NCBI GenBank assembly: GCA_964199315.1
Contig: OZ116707.1
Span: 28,086,001-28,150,000, forward strand
Length of the DNA stretch: 64,000 bases
Reading direction: 5' to 3'
From: Orbicella franksi
Lineage: Eukaryota
Made by a program: the position numbers and the translations under genes. The first letter of the stretch is position 1, and each line of letters begins with the position of its first letter. Below the pieces are notes generated by a model. That model was not told where the DNA came from. It worked only from the letters and a program-made list of their open reading frames with translations, and ran no database searches. Shown here piece by piece: positions 37,825 to 52,200 of this stretch.

Positions 37825-38475
37825 ATGAGGACCCTTAGAGCAGCGACGCCGATTCCTCTGCCTTCACATTACGATGAAGCGGTTTGTCCAGAAATTTTGC
37901 CTTCAAGGAGATCAAGTATGGCTTCCACTACGACTCATCTGCCTACGTTGTGCGAGGGTTCGTTGGACTGTAACATGTTGTCAAGATTTGTGCCACCCGC
38001 ATTTTCACCGTCAGAACTGGGAAAAACAGAGATAATAGCGCTTGTAGGATCGCCTTCTCATCCCAGAAGAGGACAGCTGTTTAAGTCAGCTTCAGAGAGA
38101 AAAACGAGATCTCAACAGAACAATCTCTTTCCAGACTTGAGCAGGAGAGAAATAGCTAAAGAAAACGTTGATCCCGACAAAATGCCGGCGGAATGGGTGA
38201 AAAGACTCCGACGGCCCCAGCAATACGAACTGACAAGAACAGTGTCGAATCCAGTCATTTCTAAAACGAGAAATTCTACGCTGGGTGCTAAGACGTCGAG
38301 CCCTCCAAATTCTAAAAGTTTACCACGACTTAACAGTACCGAACCCTCAAGAACGATCACCGAAAATGAACATTCTGCAGAGCTAAGAAGACACATCCAA
38401 CAAGAAAATATGGACTATGATATCTTATCGACCAAAGCTGTCATCTTAGAACGCTTTCTGAATAGTCAGAAATAA
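37825..38475 (+). CDS. Uncharacterised S/P/R-rich, probably disordered protein (216 aa) with C-terminal K-x3-L-x2-FL-x2-Q helix
   Basis: ATG-started. Ends HIQQENMDYDILSTKAVILERFLNSQK. Contains RRSS, KSASE, RTVSNP, LPTL and LPRL. AATAAA at 38952. Confidence 0.75.
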   Translation: MRTLRAATPIPLPSHYDEAVCPEILPSRRSSMASTTTHLPTLCEGSLDCNMLSRFVPPAFSPSELGKTEIIALVGSPSHPRRGQLFKSASERKTRSQQNNLFPDLSRREIAKENVDPDKMPAEWVKRLRRPQQYELTRTVSNPVISKTRNSTLGAKTSSPPNSKSLPRLNSTEPSRTITENEHSAELRRHIQQENMDYDILSTKAVILERFLNSQK

Positions 38476-40435
38476 GCGCACATTGAATGTGTCTTATGTT
38501 TATATTTTAAAGCATTGGATTGCCATTGCATAACTAATAATGTAGTAACCGTTCAAATGTCAGACTAAGGTCAGATTCAACTTATGCAACATCACAACAT
38601 TGTTATATAACAAATCTCGTGATCGCAAATTAATTTATTTGAGGAGAAAAAGTTCTCACCGCCTTGAGCGCATCAGAAGCGCAATGAGACGAGATAGTGA
38701 AAAGAAAATTATTGATTGCGCCGGTTCGCAAACAAACAAACGCCACGGGAACAAAAAAACTGGTATATTTTCACTCACTTTTGCTAAGTTTTGTAATCAG
38801 AGGGAACTAGTGTCTCTGAAATGACCCAAGTTGGTTGTAATTCTGTTGGCGTTTTGCCTAGAGAGCAAGAGCGCTTTATAAATTGGATTTTATCGGCTGT
38901 ATTATATTATTAATTGCAAATTATTGAAAAAAAAATATCTGTAAATATTTCAATAAACTTTGAAGCCTTTAAAGTGATGTTTGCAGTTGACTATATCTTT
39001 TCATCAGGTTCACCTCTACACCTGTACACTGACGACTAATTTTAAGGGACGAGTTTTCCGCCGAGTACATGTACTTCAGCGAAAGTGCTGACAATTGTTC
39101 TTATTAGCTTCTGTGCAACAGAAAGATTCTTCATACGATTATTTTCAGTCTCCAGTTAGAACTGAGTGTTCGAAGAAAAACTATTATCCATAGCGATTCA
39201 GTTTCTACATTACCGGAAATTTTTTTTCCGATTTCGTGGTGAGCTGGCAGCTGAGTGATTCCTTAACTCATCAACATGAATACACAATACGTAGATTTTG
39301 AAGTGTTGGTCAGGGATCTAATAGTCAGCTGACTTTGATTCCCTACGGCAATTTTCATTCAAATTAAATATTTGGTGAACACTTAATTCAGTGCTCGGTT
39401 AGTATCACAAGGCTAAAATTTGGACGTATCTGAAACTTTGGCCAACTATCATGCACTCTGTCGAAATTTCGAGAAGTCTTTCTGAATGTGACATTGGACT
39501 GACAGGGAAAATAAATCTGATGATTTCAGAATCTCGTTTCTTTCTTTGAACATACATGAATACTTTTTATCTTAGAAAATATGTAGATCAAAATTTCAGT
39601 TATCGAATTTTTTCACAAAAATTTGAGTGACATGCAACATCGCACGTTTTATGCCTTGAGTACGTGCAGGCTTTGATTTCGTGCAAGGCAAAGGTCATCA
39701 AAGACAATGAAGCGACAAATTTCATATCTCTGTTACACACTTCTCACTCTCGTTCTGTTTTCTCAATAAAAGAAGTCTCTGTAAAATCAACAAGAAGTAG
39801 ATTAAAAACCCAGACCAAATATTTCACACATTTAACGGGGCCCTTTCTTTTGAAATCTATTGTTACTGCTCCAGCCAAAGCAAAGAATTCAAGAATTCAC
39901 CTACTGTACCTTTCTTGTAGCAACGAAATTTATTTTATCTTCTCTACCTATAAATTATCTTTCTTCTGTTTAAAATCCTGGGTAATAATGATAGAAGATT
40001 CCCGTGCAAAGTTGAAACAAAGTTTCGAGGAAGTTTTAATGCATTTTCTTTGCGCGGTATGTGGTAACTTGATCTTCCCTTCCCAAAAAAAAAAAATACA
40101 ACTATGACATCCCGATAACGGCAGACACGCAATTTATTGATAACATTAAAACGGCTAGATAATCCTAAAGCTTCCACGACAGAGACAAGTCCACATAACT
40201 TCCTTCCGATCTAAAGCGTTGAATCATCAGCTGACTTGAAGAATATTTTTGAATTCAATTACGGCAGATACGTCTTCCAGACTAAAAAAAACACCAGCCT
40301 GACAAAGGACTAAACTAATATGTTTTGACTTCAGTTTCGAGTGAAATATGACAAAGAAACCTCCAAACCCATCACACGCACACACATGATCAGCCGGTAC
40401 ACGAGGAGCCGGGTTGTTGGTGTGATATATACCAG

Positions 40436-40443
40436 TGACGTCA
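40436..40443. promoter_or_regulatory. CRE palindrome TGACGTCA
   Basis: Exact match, followed by CAG|GTAAGA (donor at 40455). Confidence 0.45.
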
Positions 40444-43400
40444 AAAACGTGCAGGTAAGAAATTCTGCTATGTTCTTGTTTTTAGACACCAAGCTAAACA
40501 TTTTATAACATCAGTGATAACTCTGCTTACAAATTAAATTTCCATGCTGTCTTTCGTACAAAAAAGATGTTCCGTGACATCTCAACTCGCCAATTTTGTC
40601 ACAGAAAAGAGTCATCACTCCGTTTCTGCTGAGGGCAGCAGCCCTGCTGGGAAGTAATTCAAAATTAAGGGACTTTTGTTCCGGTAGTCAAGTCTCATGA
40701 TCTCTGTTGTTTTAAAATGCGTTTCAGCAAGACCAGATCAAAAAACCTGGTTGTAATTCCTGTGTCACCTTTTAAATATAAATTTATCTGTTATTCTCTT
40801 TTTATCGTTCAATTCGGTTCTCTGCAAACTGAGTTCTATTGAGCCATTAGGGGCTCAGTAGGGACCACATCACTACACAAATTCATCAAATATAAATAGT
40901 TATTTTTTCTTTAAAAAAAAACGTTATTATCTCAGCAATACACTCATAATAAGGAGACTAAAACTTCTTACTAAATGAAATGTTTGTTTAGTTCAGTGAA
41001 TGTAAAAAAAGGTGAAAGCAAAAGCGTCAAGTTTGCGTCACATCCCGTGGCTTGATTAGCGCGATTTAATTATCTAAAATACCGAAGTCATTGTAGCTTT
41101 ATTGTTCAGCTGGCGTGTGTGTATTTCGCAATAATTTTGTCTAATCATCGCCTTAGTTGTATAACAAATGCCGTGTTCTTGAGAGCGTGTAATAAATTCA
41201 ATTTTCACGTGTTCAACACCGCGGCCATTTTTGTTTCAGTTGAGTGGTTCCTTTGCACTTTACTAACGGTACCAAGCAGTGGCTACCGGGCAATTCATGT
41301 GTTTATCATGATCTTCACGACTCTTATGATCATCATTTCTATTGTTAAGAGTCAGAGAGTACTTTGAAGCAGCCACTTAAGCATTAAACCATGATTTGAA
41401 AGCCCCATTAAAAGTGGCTGAAACTTCCTCATGCATGACTGTGATCCATGTCACGAGAAATTTAAATTGTTGTCTGTATAAATTTTTGTTATTCTATGCC
41501 TGTAATTTCCATTATAGAAAGACTGAACATCCTCATTTTTCATTTCTTAACAGTTTTTTTCACAGAGAGATCTTTGAATATTTCATTCTACTTTGCCGGA
41601 CTAGAACTTTCAACTGTACGCGTTTCCATAGAGAAAAATTCTTATCCAAAGAACGACCCTTGTTCTGAAACGAAACCGGTCCAAACCAGGCATTAGAAGA
41701 AATCGACAAATTTGATCTTAAACGTTTGCAACACTACAAGCATTCAGTAGTCATATAATTTATTTTAATTTCGCCCGGACGTGCCAACTGCCACGTCCTT
41801 TGCACATTCGAGTGCGTGCTAGCCTTCGCCAATATTTTCTCGAGAACAGTGAATTTGTTTTGTCGTCAAGAAAAAATAAGCATAGAAACAACTCACAGTT
41901 GCAACTCTTTGGTTATTTTTTAATCGTGTAAACTACTTTTAATCCAAACCGTCAGGCCGAGTTGGTGAATCTATGCGTCAGAATTGAAAATATCCTGCCG
42001 TTGCGGTGTACGTATGCAGACAGTCAGGGTTTGGGGCGCAGCCATGTTATAATTTTTACCCTGTTCTCTCCAAATTTCCTTCCACCCGCCCATCCCTTTC
42101 CTCCAGTAACTAGTTACCACCGTAAATACAAACCCAATAAATTCCATGACATAATTATCGGGAGATGTTTCAGGTTATTTAATTAAATTCGTCGAACTTA
42201 ACACATCTTAAACCTCTATTGTTGTATTTCACCAAATTCTCTTGGATCTTACATATACCTTGACTGCCTGAATATAAGCTATTTTCAAATGTGCAGGTCA
42301 AGTGGCTCTGACCACCCTCAGAATAGTGTTATTCTTGTCCTCTGCGAGAGAATGCGCCATCTTAGTATTCGGGTGCTTGTCCCGTCTTCCACCGCTGGCG
42401 GTGAACTGAATTTTGATAACTCCGATCCTGTAATGAACAGTTTTTTTTTTGTCCTGTGACAAGAAAAACTCATAAATTAAAAGAGGAATTGAAGTAGCAG
42501 CCAGACTAATAATTCCCGACAACGCCGGGATTCAGTTGCTTTACTTGATGTGGTAGCTCCAAACTACAGGTGAACACTTGTGCATACTCCCACACCCAGC
42601 TACTAGCACTCCAACAGAAATCATCTCGTGATTAACTGCTGATGGCCAACTGATTGCCTAGACACAACATTTTGATTATTTCAAGTGTTCACGAGGAGCT
42701 GAAGAGCCGTTCGAGTACGTTTCGTGACAGAATTTGAAACCGACCGGAAATTTTTGCGCCCCATGCAACTAATTCATTTTAATTCGTCAGATTCATGGTA
42801 CAATCGTCCCCATCAATAAAGAAGTGATTTCCTGTTGTATACCTAAGTGTAAGAGTGAATTGCCGAACGCTTGTGGTCCTTGACATTTATGTGATAAAGT
42901 CCTACCCACTGAATACTAAAGTATAAAATTCCCGTCTGCGAAACTGATTAATGACTCCCTTCTGTTTGACTGGACACGAATTCACTCAACCATGCTGGAG
43001 CTGAAAGAGTCTGTGCAGACCACAAAGGAATAAGGTAAGATCGAGAATGTAAACGAACGTAAGGGAAACCACTGAAATATTAACGCTGATAGCACCCGGG
43101 GAGTGAATGTGGATGTAAAATTCCCCTTCCTTTCAGTTTTAAAGCAATCAAACGTGACTCACATTTTCTACCCATGTCTTGTCCAAGGCGATTATCAACC
43201 TAAGGTAGACAATAGTAGAGGTATTTATCACAGCTGTTATCACCAAGGGCCTTTCTTAAGCTTCCCACAACACTCTTTTATTTAGTTAATATTCAGTTAC
43301 TGAGTTGTACTGCTACCTGTAGAGCATTCCTTAAACATGGTTCAAAAAATTATTTGCTCCACTCCTTCTTTAACTTTGTTAATGTAATAATGGCAGTGGA

Positions 43401-46400
43401 AGACGGTTACGTCGGCTGCCGGCTCCTCGTGCAGTTTAAGAGAGTGTCAACCCTTAGATGCGTCACGTTCAGCAAAACCTATTCATTACCACTTTTTACC
43501 GGATGTTTAACTGGAATTTTTTGTTACATCTCCTTCATCTGATAAGTTAAGTGGAATTCCTAAGAACGTTTACATTCAGTGCTCAGTGATTAAACTTCTG
43601 AGCTTATTAGGTATCTCACTCGCTGAAAAGGGAATGTATTATGTTTTAAAAACATTTACGTTTTGTGTTGCCCGGTTAAGAAAGAAAATGTTTTTTCAGC
43701 TTTTTGTGCTCATAATACACACAATAAAAATTAGGCATTTCACCATAAATTTAAAACAAGTAGCAAGCTTATGAATGGCAACAGCTAAACCGAGAAAACG
43801 GAAATTACCTACCAGAAATGAATGCCTTAAACATCGATCTTTAGGGCAACTGAATCCTTTCCAAAAAATACTGGGTCATGTCTACCTGAGTCAAAGTTAT
43901 CTACCATTGAAAAATATGTGATCTAGTGAATACGAGAGCGTATTAATCAACAAGTTAGTCCGGCCTAGATTCATCGTCAAACGTTTCCGCTGGTATTCGT
44001 TGGGTTTGAGCTATCCGGTATTAAATGTGCTTAAGGTACACAGCTTTGGAAATCAAACAGGGTTCAACTCAACAAACTTATTTCCGACCTTTTCGGAGAA
44101 TATTGTTATTTCACATCGCTTGATAGGTCCTGCGCGCGCTTTTAGATTTGTTTTACTTGTTTAGTGTGTTGCTTGTTTATCTTGCCTTATCAATGTTGTT
44201 CTTTGTTGTTGAGGCGGTCTTGAAGTTTTTTTTAAATACACCTAAGGTATTTAACTGACAACCTTAAGAGCATCGCAAAAAATTAGGATCATTTACAATG
44301 GCAGTCCTCAAAAAATATTTCAACAATTATCGTTTTGAAAATCCTTCAAATTCTATTAGCCGGGGCGAGTGTTCTTCACGAGATCCAAAGTCCACTTTAC
44401 AGCTAGACAATCCAAACCACAATATGCAAGACTGAACAACAAGTTGTCTGGGCAAGTGCCGCAATCAGGTAAATATCTTTTGGGAAAAAGAGCTGCTGAT
44501 AGATTCAGCTAATATTCATATGGAAGTCACTTTGGCTTTGAATATAATAATAATTGCTATCATGTAAAGAATGCAAAAGAACCGGCGATTGAGTCCTATG
44601 TAACTTGAGCATTGCGAATCAAAACGTTCTTCGAAACTATTTGTATGGGTTAAGACAACTGATCATTATATTCAGTTCAACAGCCTCCTTTGAAGTTTTA
44701 ATCTAATATGAACAACACAACTTTCTACATTTCTATCTAGTTGTTTGATAATTTACTTAAGTGCAAACTTAAGTCCATTTACTGGAATCTATAATTCTCT
44801 CACTGTGCGCTGAATGATCTAATGGCCGACCCGGCTTTTAGTCGTGCAGCAGTGCACGCTTTAGCTTACGGTAATTAACGTCATTTACAAATTTAGCTTT
44901 GTCATTTAATTCTCTTAATCTGAACAAAGAGGTTTGTCGTGGTTAAACTGATCATGCTGGTATATACAGCTGTTTTGGTGAAACACTTAAGATTGTTCAT
45001 GCCTTACGATATGTGACAGCTTCTGATCACAATGGCAGTATATGCGCTGTACACGACTAAAAACATGCTTAAAGACATAAAAAACATATAACCACGTAAA
45101 TAATATTTTTCTAAGATCGGATTTAATATTGAAGTCCTTTTCTACTCGCTCTTCCGAACGGCCTTTTTGTTTTAATGATCCCTATAGGTCTCGCCATTTA
45201 CTCTAAATCCTTATCAAACATATGCATGTGGTTGAACTCGTTCGTCTAGCCATGTTGCCAGTCGAAGAAGTGGGTGGATGGCAGACTGTTGATCAAACGT
45301 CAGTGAGAAAATGTAGATTGCATTCAAAACATTAATCACCAGCTGGCTGGTGATTGAAAAACTTTCAAAGTAATCCTTTCCACAACTCTTTTGTTCTAAG
45401 GAGTTTTTGTCTGAGGAAAATTACAAATATGCCCTGAAATACGACAGGTCAGGGAAGAAACTGTCAAGTAACTAGACCACATTGTGTTAATGATCCACTG
45501 TTTTAGAAATTTTTATAATAGAAGGGGGTTGATCTAATTCAATCGCAATGACTTATAAAGTTCTCTGATTTTAGATTCATAGCTTGGAGTTAACGCAGCG
45601 TCGATTTCTGCATGTCTTTTTTTGTCTCGCGTCGATCGCAGGCCGTGATTTATTTGAAGTTTTCCAACTTAAATGTTTAACGAAGTTAAACGAAAAATTC
45701 AGGATTAACATGCATCTGCATTAAAAGCAGTGTTATTCAAAAGGCTTAACAGGCGTTATTCAATTATTATTATCAGATAAGTCAGGAAAGGAACAAAAAA
45801 AAACCTCTGGAAAAAAAAAATTCACTGAACAGATTCAAAACAAACATTCGTTAGCAACCTTGACATTACAAGTTCAAGGTTACAGACTGAAAGAAAAGAA
45901 AAAATCAAAAAGTGGTTCAGTGCCAGACTAATCGAACAAAAGATTGGAAAGTAGCCTAGCAACAGATCAGTTAGTGAATGACAGGCAACCAACATAAAAA
46001 TTCTTTTTTTCCGTAAAAACGTGTCTCTAGTGGAAATTACTTTGAGAGGCACGTGTTACCTTCGAGGAGCCTTGAGTAATTGAGTGATTATTACACTCAT
46101 CTTTCGATCATTTGAGAGCCCTGACATTCCCTCCATTTAATTTCTGTGTATTTTTCAATTGTAATTACAGTTCTGGCGAATTTATGGTGTTTTATTGAAA
46201 GGAGGTTTGTACGTGAAGGAGTTTGCATGCCCTGTCGGCTACATCAAACTTCTTTATATCAAACGTGATATAATCCGCTTGGTTAAATGCTATAGCAGAT
46301 CATTTGCTAATTGTTCTTTTTTTAGCTAACTCGTCACATTAATGCTTGTCAAAGGATCTAATTAAAATATTTCAACCTGACTGGAAAAGAAAGAAAAAAA

Positions 46401-48707
46401 AAAAAAAACACGCCCTGATCACGTTCACTACAATAGAGTGTATAAAGGTTCAGTTGCCAGGAGAAACGTCTCTCTTGTCCTCTGTGGGGTTCTTTGTCTT
46501 CACTAGTTTTTTGTTTTGACTTTGGAAGCTAGTTGAAATATCCAAAATGCTGAGACATGAGCAGTTTTAAAATGCATGATCCACTCTTGAGGAGTCAAGT
46601 GACCATACTTGTAATAAATGTTTCACGGTGTCTCACAGTGCTTCGGTCCATAGTCGGTCTTCAGAACTTTTCGCAAAAGCGTGAGTGGCAGGCCTAAAAT
46701 AGGGTGGTAGTAATGGATAGGGACAGAGCGGGAATCGGTGAATTGGAGGCTAGAGAAGGAAGTACAGTGCCTTTTTGCCTCCGTCCCTTCAACGTGCTTT
46801 GTGTTCAAATTCCCCTAATTCTGCTTTTCTAAGTAGACTGGTGTATTTATCTATTAAATATTAGCACATACTTTGGTTACACGCCGATTATTTGCATTCC
46901 GCATGTGAATGTCATGTAATTTTATTTAAAATAACAAAAAGCCAGCCCACTTGAATGTGTCCTTGGTGGGGGTAGACGTGATGACTGGCACGAAAAGCTG
47001 GCTTTCCATTCCGCGTCGATTAACTGTGTTATTTTCCCTTTAGTTGTGTATTTTTCTATTATGGATATGCCTTGCGTTTAGTTATTTCCTTGTCATACGA
47101 AGATCTACAAAACTGGTATCACAGAAGCCACGAAGTAACTTGACCTTCAGGTTTCTCCCGAAAAAGACAAAGTCACGCTCTCTCGAAAAACGCAAATAGA
47201 TCAGTGATAACCGTGTTTTAAGAATTTTTGCTGATCGTGTTATGTTACATTTTGGCTCTAAAGAAGGTGGTATCATTCTCTTATCTTTTTCTACTTTTAT
47301 TTGTTTTAAAAGCAAAGAAATCAGTGCGGCTATAATCAGTTATAATCCTGTCTTTTCTGTGCACCGTTCGAGTAACCTCTCTGTTAATGTTCTGTTAAAT
47401 GCTTTGAGCAAAGCCGTCGTAAAAATTTTAATCTCCTGCGCCTGCATGTTGCTCAGCGGTTCTCTCCTTTCTCAGCTTCCGCGGAGCAGAGAGATCTTGA
47501 GAGGCACTATGCAGCAGTATTGCGTGGTGATTTACTTCAGTCTGATGCTTCACACATTTTAGCCAAGTCTGGCCATCATTCATGTATTTATTAGAATACC
47601 AGCACTTTGCAAGAAGGAGTAATACTGAATCTGGCCTCCATTTCCTCATCATCCCACCGCCGTAAAATCGTTTCACGTCGCCTAATGCGAAATTGCACTT
47701 TAAGTCGACTTAAAATATTTACTGCACTACAGACCAGACTTTGTTCTGATAATGTAAATGTCAAGCTTATCTTTTTCTCCTGATAAGGAATGCGGAAGGA
47801 ATCGAATCTCGAGGAAGCTGTAATATATATCTCCACGAACTAAAAGATATATTTTTTTTGCTCTGGCACAAGTTTTACTTATCAATGATGTTTTGAAAAA
47901 TCCCTGTGCAATTTGTGTTCTCTGTATCTTACAAACTGAAGCAGCATGCTTGGCGTGCTTGAAGCACTGATACAATATAACGTATCATTCATTCTGTAAA
48001 AAGCTTTTAAAACAGATCCATTGCAGTCTAATACTATTAATGTCGAATATGTCTTTCTTCCTTGTTGAGCAACACGGAAGGAATCAAATTTCAAACTTCT
48101 GCCATGAGAGCCCCATGACAACAAATGTCGTGGTAAACGTCTCCATGAACTGAAGCATTTTACTTATTCATTGCGGCTGACATTCACCCACAAGTTATAC
48201 TGATGAAAGGGTAACTATTCTTACCCTAACTGACAGAGACTTAACTTCTTAGTCGCCGATCACAGTCGACGGGTAAATATAGAGCTAGTCTCGCCGCTTG
48301 TTCCTACTCTCTTCAAAGATTTGATTTCCTCTTAAACAGGTATGGTTGTCAGAGTAGTCAGGTAGCTGAAAGCCTAACTTTCGATAATTTAAGTCCACTG
48401 GCTAGATCCTCAGCATGGAAGTCCACATCCAAGTCCCTAGCCAACTGATTCGAGTCTCGTCTTTACTTTAATGTACGCTTCAGTTCTGTATTTTGGAAAC
48501 AAAGCAAACAAAGTTGTTTTCAGATAAAAGTATGACAAAGATGAGAATGTTCTAGCATTCAAAAACAACTACAACTGTTAAAAATAATATTTTAGTTAAT
48601 TCTCTGAGTTAGCCCCTACTGAAAAATGAATTTTCTTGTATCCCTGAAGTTGTTGTCGAAAACATCCAAATCAGATCGATGCCTTGTAACTGAATATTTA
48701 TAAATCC

Positions 48708-48715
48708 TGACGTCA
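48708..48715. promoter_or_regulatory. CRE palindrome TGACGTCA
   Basis: Exact match. No associated gene identified. Confidence 0.4.
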
Positions 48716-48799
48716 TCGCATCGCATCGTCATCGATTTCGCACCAAAACGCAAGCATAATCAAACATTTTGTTGTCCCTCAAGCTATTTAGCTTACGTA

Positions 48800-49278
48800 A
48801 CCAAGGTACCCACCGTCACTTTTTATGGGAGGGGGCAAGGGTTGGCTGGCGGGAAGTGCTATCATAGATAGTCCCTTCAATCTGTAATAATCCCTTCTTT
48901 ATACGAAATTTTAACACTGCCTCCTCGTAATCCAAAACTTTTGAGATTAACCCGCCCCCCTCCAAAACAAAAATACTTAAGTAAAATTTAATTCGTCATG
49001 AATAGGGACAGGCTGTATTTCCAACCAAATAGTTGGTGGGTCTGCGTTGATACCGTATTTTGTACAGAGCCAATAAGGAAGGGGGGACTTCCTTACCCGG
49101 AAAAATTATAATTTTCAGAAACTCAGAAATGATATTTAGGTATTCTGGTAGAATTTTTAAATATTTCTGGAACCACCCTCCACCCCTTTTAAGACATTTT
49201 ATTGGCATCCTCTCACCCTAAATCACACCACCCCCCCCCCACCCCCCGGAGTTCTCACAAAAAAGGACGGTTCCCTAG
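48800..49278. mobile_element. Degenerate non-autonomous element with G/C-run subtermini
   Basis: G-runs near the left end. C-runs and CACAAAAAAGGACGGTTCCCT at the right end. The left TIR is poorly preserved and no TSD was found. Confidence 0.35.
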
Positions 49279-52200
49279 CTAATTAAAGAAACACTACTGC
49301 CATGTCATTTCAGTTTGCCTAAGTCGTGTAATTTTAATTCTGGAAGTTTTAATCGCATACCCTTCTGCAGATCACAAGCACCTCAGCGGTATTGGTTTAA
49401 CTTTGTAGAACAGGAGTTTTGGACCAGTCAGAAAGAACACATATTTAGGAATGCTGGGTATGTGTGCATGCAGCGAATTGTTTAATTTATTTTATAATCT
49501 TAATTTTTTAGTTCAATTAAATAGCTAATAATGTAGATCGAAATCTGTTTTGTTGAACAGCTCTAATTACTGAACAAAGTCTTGAAGAAAGTTAAACATT
49601 CCACATCTGATGCAAAGCAAGTGGCTGGGTATTTTTACATGTAGTTTCAACTAATTTGCGCTCAGAATATAAAACAAATTTCCCATTTACATGTACGCCT
49701 GTCGAGTACTGTTTCGTCGAGAGTTTTTCAAGTTTTTCGTTTTAAGTCGATCACGACCCTGCCTCCTGATTTCTCAGTGAAAGTCTGATAATAAGAAAAT
49801 AGCTGTTTCCTGTTACCCAGGTTCAGAGCCTTCCTTCCTGACTTCCAAAGTTCGGACTTGAAAGCCCAAAATCAAGGAAGTTGCTTTCGGTGAAATACTG
49901 ATCCATCCATTGTATTCTGAAATGTTCAAGTCTTATGACTTCCCACAAGACTGAAATAAGCTGCCAGGTCAAGGAAATGAATTAAATATTGAGATGGTGA
50001 GCGGCGAATGAATTGCTGCTTCGAAGAACTTATGAATCAATTTGTTTTTTTGATAGCATTCATCTTGTAAAGAAAAATTGAAAGATAAGCGTTCCTTTGC
50101 GATTGTTAACAACACGTTGTTTTTTGTAAGGACGGGTAATTTCTGGACCCAGGGCCGGTCGTTCGTGTTGTTTTGTTTTTGTTGACCATTTTAGCCTGAA
50201 ACGTTCATAACGTGCATTTAAACAAGTATTTCCTTCCAATCGATAAAGTTTTAGGCAGTTTATAGGCCACCATGCAGCTGAAGATCTCCGACCTGTGCAA
50301 TAAATTAATTAAAACGATCGCGACGTTATTGTTCATGAGTTAAATATGTCCCTAGCATGCGGTTATTGGAAGGTGTTTGTCAAAACAAACTTCATCTAGC
50401 TATTGTGACTCTCAGCCTGGGGTGTGTTCTTAGTACGTTCTTTAAGAGGCCCTGCGCCTAAGAAACGACCAATGATTTCCGGCTAAAAAATAAAATCGGC
50501 CGATTTTTATCTCCCAAGTAGAGGTTACCAAATACTATTTAAAAATGAATTTCTTTTGTTTCAGTTTCACTTTAAACCAAAAATATCGAGCTGCAAACTT
50601 TTTCCGTCTGATAGCAGCAAAATCAGGCCGAAAATAAGCCCCCGCAAAAAACTGTTCAGAAATTACTATCACAACGCAAAATTATGAGAAAACTACACAG
50701 TGTTGAAGAAAAAGGCCATTTAATGCAATATCATTCGATAAACATCAAAAAACTGCCGAAGCGATTAAAAAATAAAGTTTCAAATATTGCATACTAAATT
50801 AGATGGAGCGTTGGAGCTGATTTAAAATAATTATTTCTCAAAAGTTCAACGCTTTTGAAAGTAATCACAGTGATGAATCAAACATTGGAGGGATATACAT
50901 CACGTTTCTGGAAAAACATTTTTCGGCCAAAGTATATTGACCTTGTACAAAGCGTTCAAAGTTACCGTGTTTACCATTATCCTGCTACTTCGGCGAAACC
51001 GTGACTTCTCTTTTGCCAATACGGCCGTGGATAGCGTGTTAAATTAAGCTTTGACCAAGCTTACAATGATTACTACCTTCCCATGTTATTTCAGTTCTTT
51101 TTTTTTCTTGAAAGCTTTGAATTTTGTGGTAAAAATCAATGTTGCTATATTATGCTCTTCTTGTTACTGATCCTCTTCCAAACGCAGCAAAAATCTGTAC
51201 CTGTTAACTGATATACATGGTTTGAAAAATCCCAATGTGAAGCGAGTACGATAACCTCCTTTCGATGATTTTTTGTTAAGGGGGGAGCTTTTACACCTTC
51301 CCTCTGTTATTCGTTTCTTGCCAGTTTTTTTATTAGAAGGCCAATTGACAAAGGGATTACTAATCGTATATTTTTCAAGGTTTAGGATCGTATTTTCCCA
51401 TTATGAATTTGACTTGGCAAGGCCGCCTAAACAGCACTTGTAGTATTGTTTGCATTAAAGGCTCAGCAATCTACAATTTAAATCACTCCGCAGTATTTCG
51501 GAAATGCTTGTTGGCAAAATTGTAAGCTGATAAATACCAATGTCATAACTGCTATTTGTTATACTAATAATTTGAAAGTTAAAAAAGCTAAAAGCAACAG
51601 TTCGCTGCCAAGATATGCAAAGATTAACGATAAATGGGGCCTTGGCTCCTCATGAGATGGGCTCGGAAAATCACTTTTTATTAGTGCTAAGCGAAATTTT
51701 CAAGGTGACACAAGCAATTCGGAAACAGGTTTAAAACACATTGTTAAGTATCCTAGCAACCGATAGAATCGGATATTTCTGCCCTAACCCACACAACCAA
51801 TACACCTAAAACTCGTTTTATCAGATTCACAACTTTACACTTTGAGCCAGCAAGGGCCCTGACATTCCCGCAAAATTTGTTCCAAGAATCGTTCAGGAGA
51901 GCTTGGTGAATAGAATACTGTCACAGTAGCACTTTTTATTTTGAACTTGACTCACGCGTTACAGGGCTTATACCGGTGATCACCAAACTGTGATGTTTAT
52001 GAACAACAGAGGAAAATATTTCGGCTGATCAATTTTTTAAAACGATCTTTCCACCCATATTTATGGCATTAATTGTTGCGTCAATAGCCAAAATAGTGGT
52101 CAAATTAACGAATTGAAAGGTTTTGGATCAGTGACCGAGAGAAGGAAATGAAAATTGCAGCGATCACGTTCACATTATTGGACGCCCACTGATCCGTAAA

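Noticed and set aside
38112-38396. Minus-strand 94-aa ORF
   Set aside because: Antisense shadow of the 37825 CDS.
48797-48810. X-box-like GTAACCAAGGTACC
   Set aside because: Mismatch in the core half-site and overlap with the edge of a repeat remnant.
51748-51760. X-box-like GTATCCTAGCAAC
   Set aside because: Plausible match, but no nearby gene or exon signal to tie it to.
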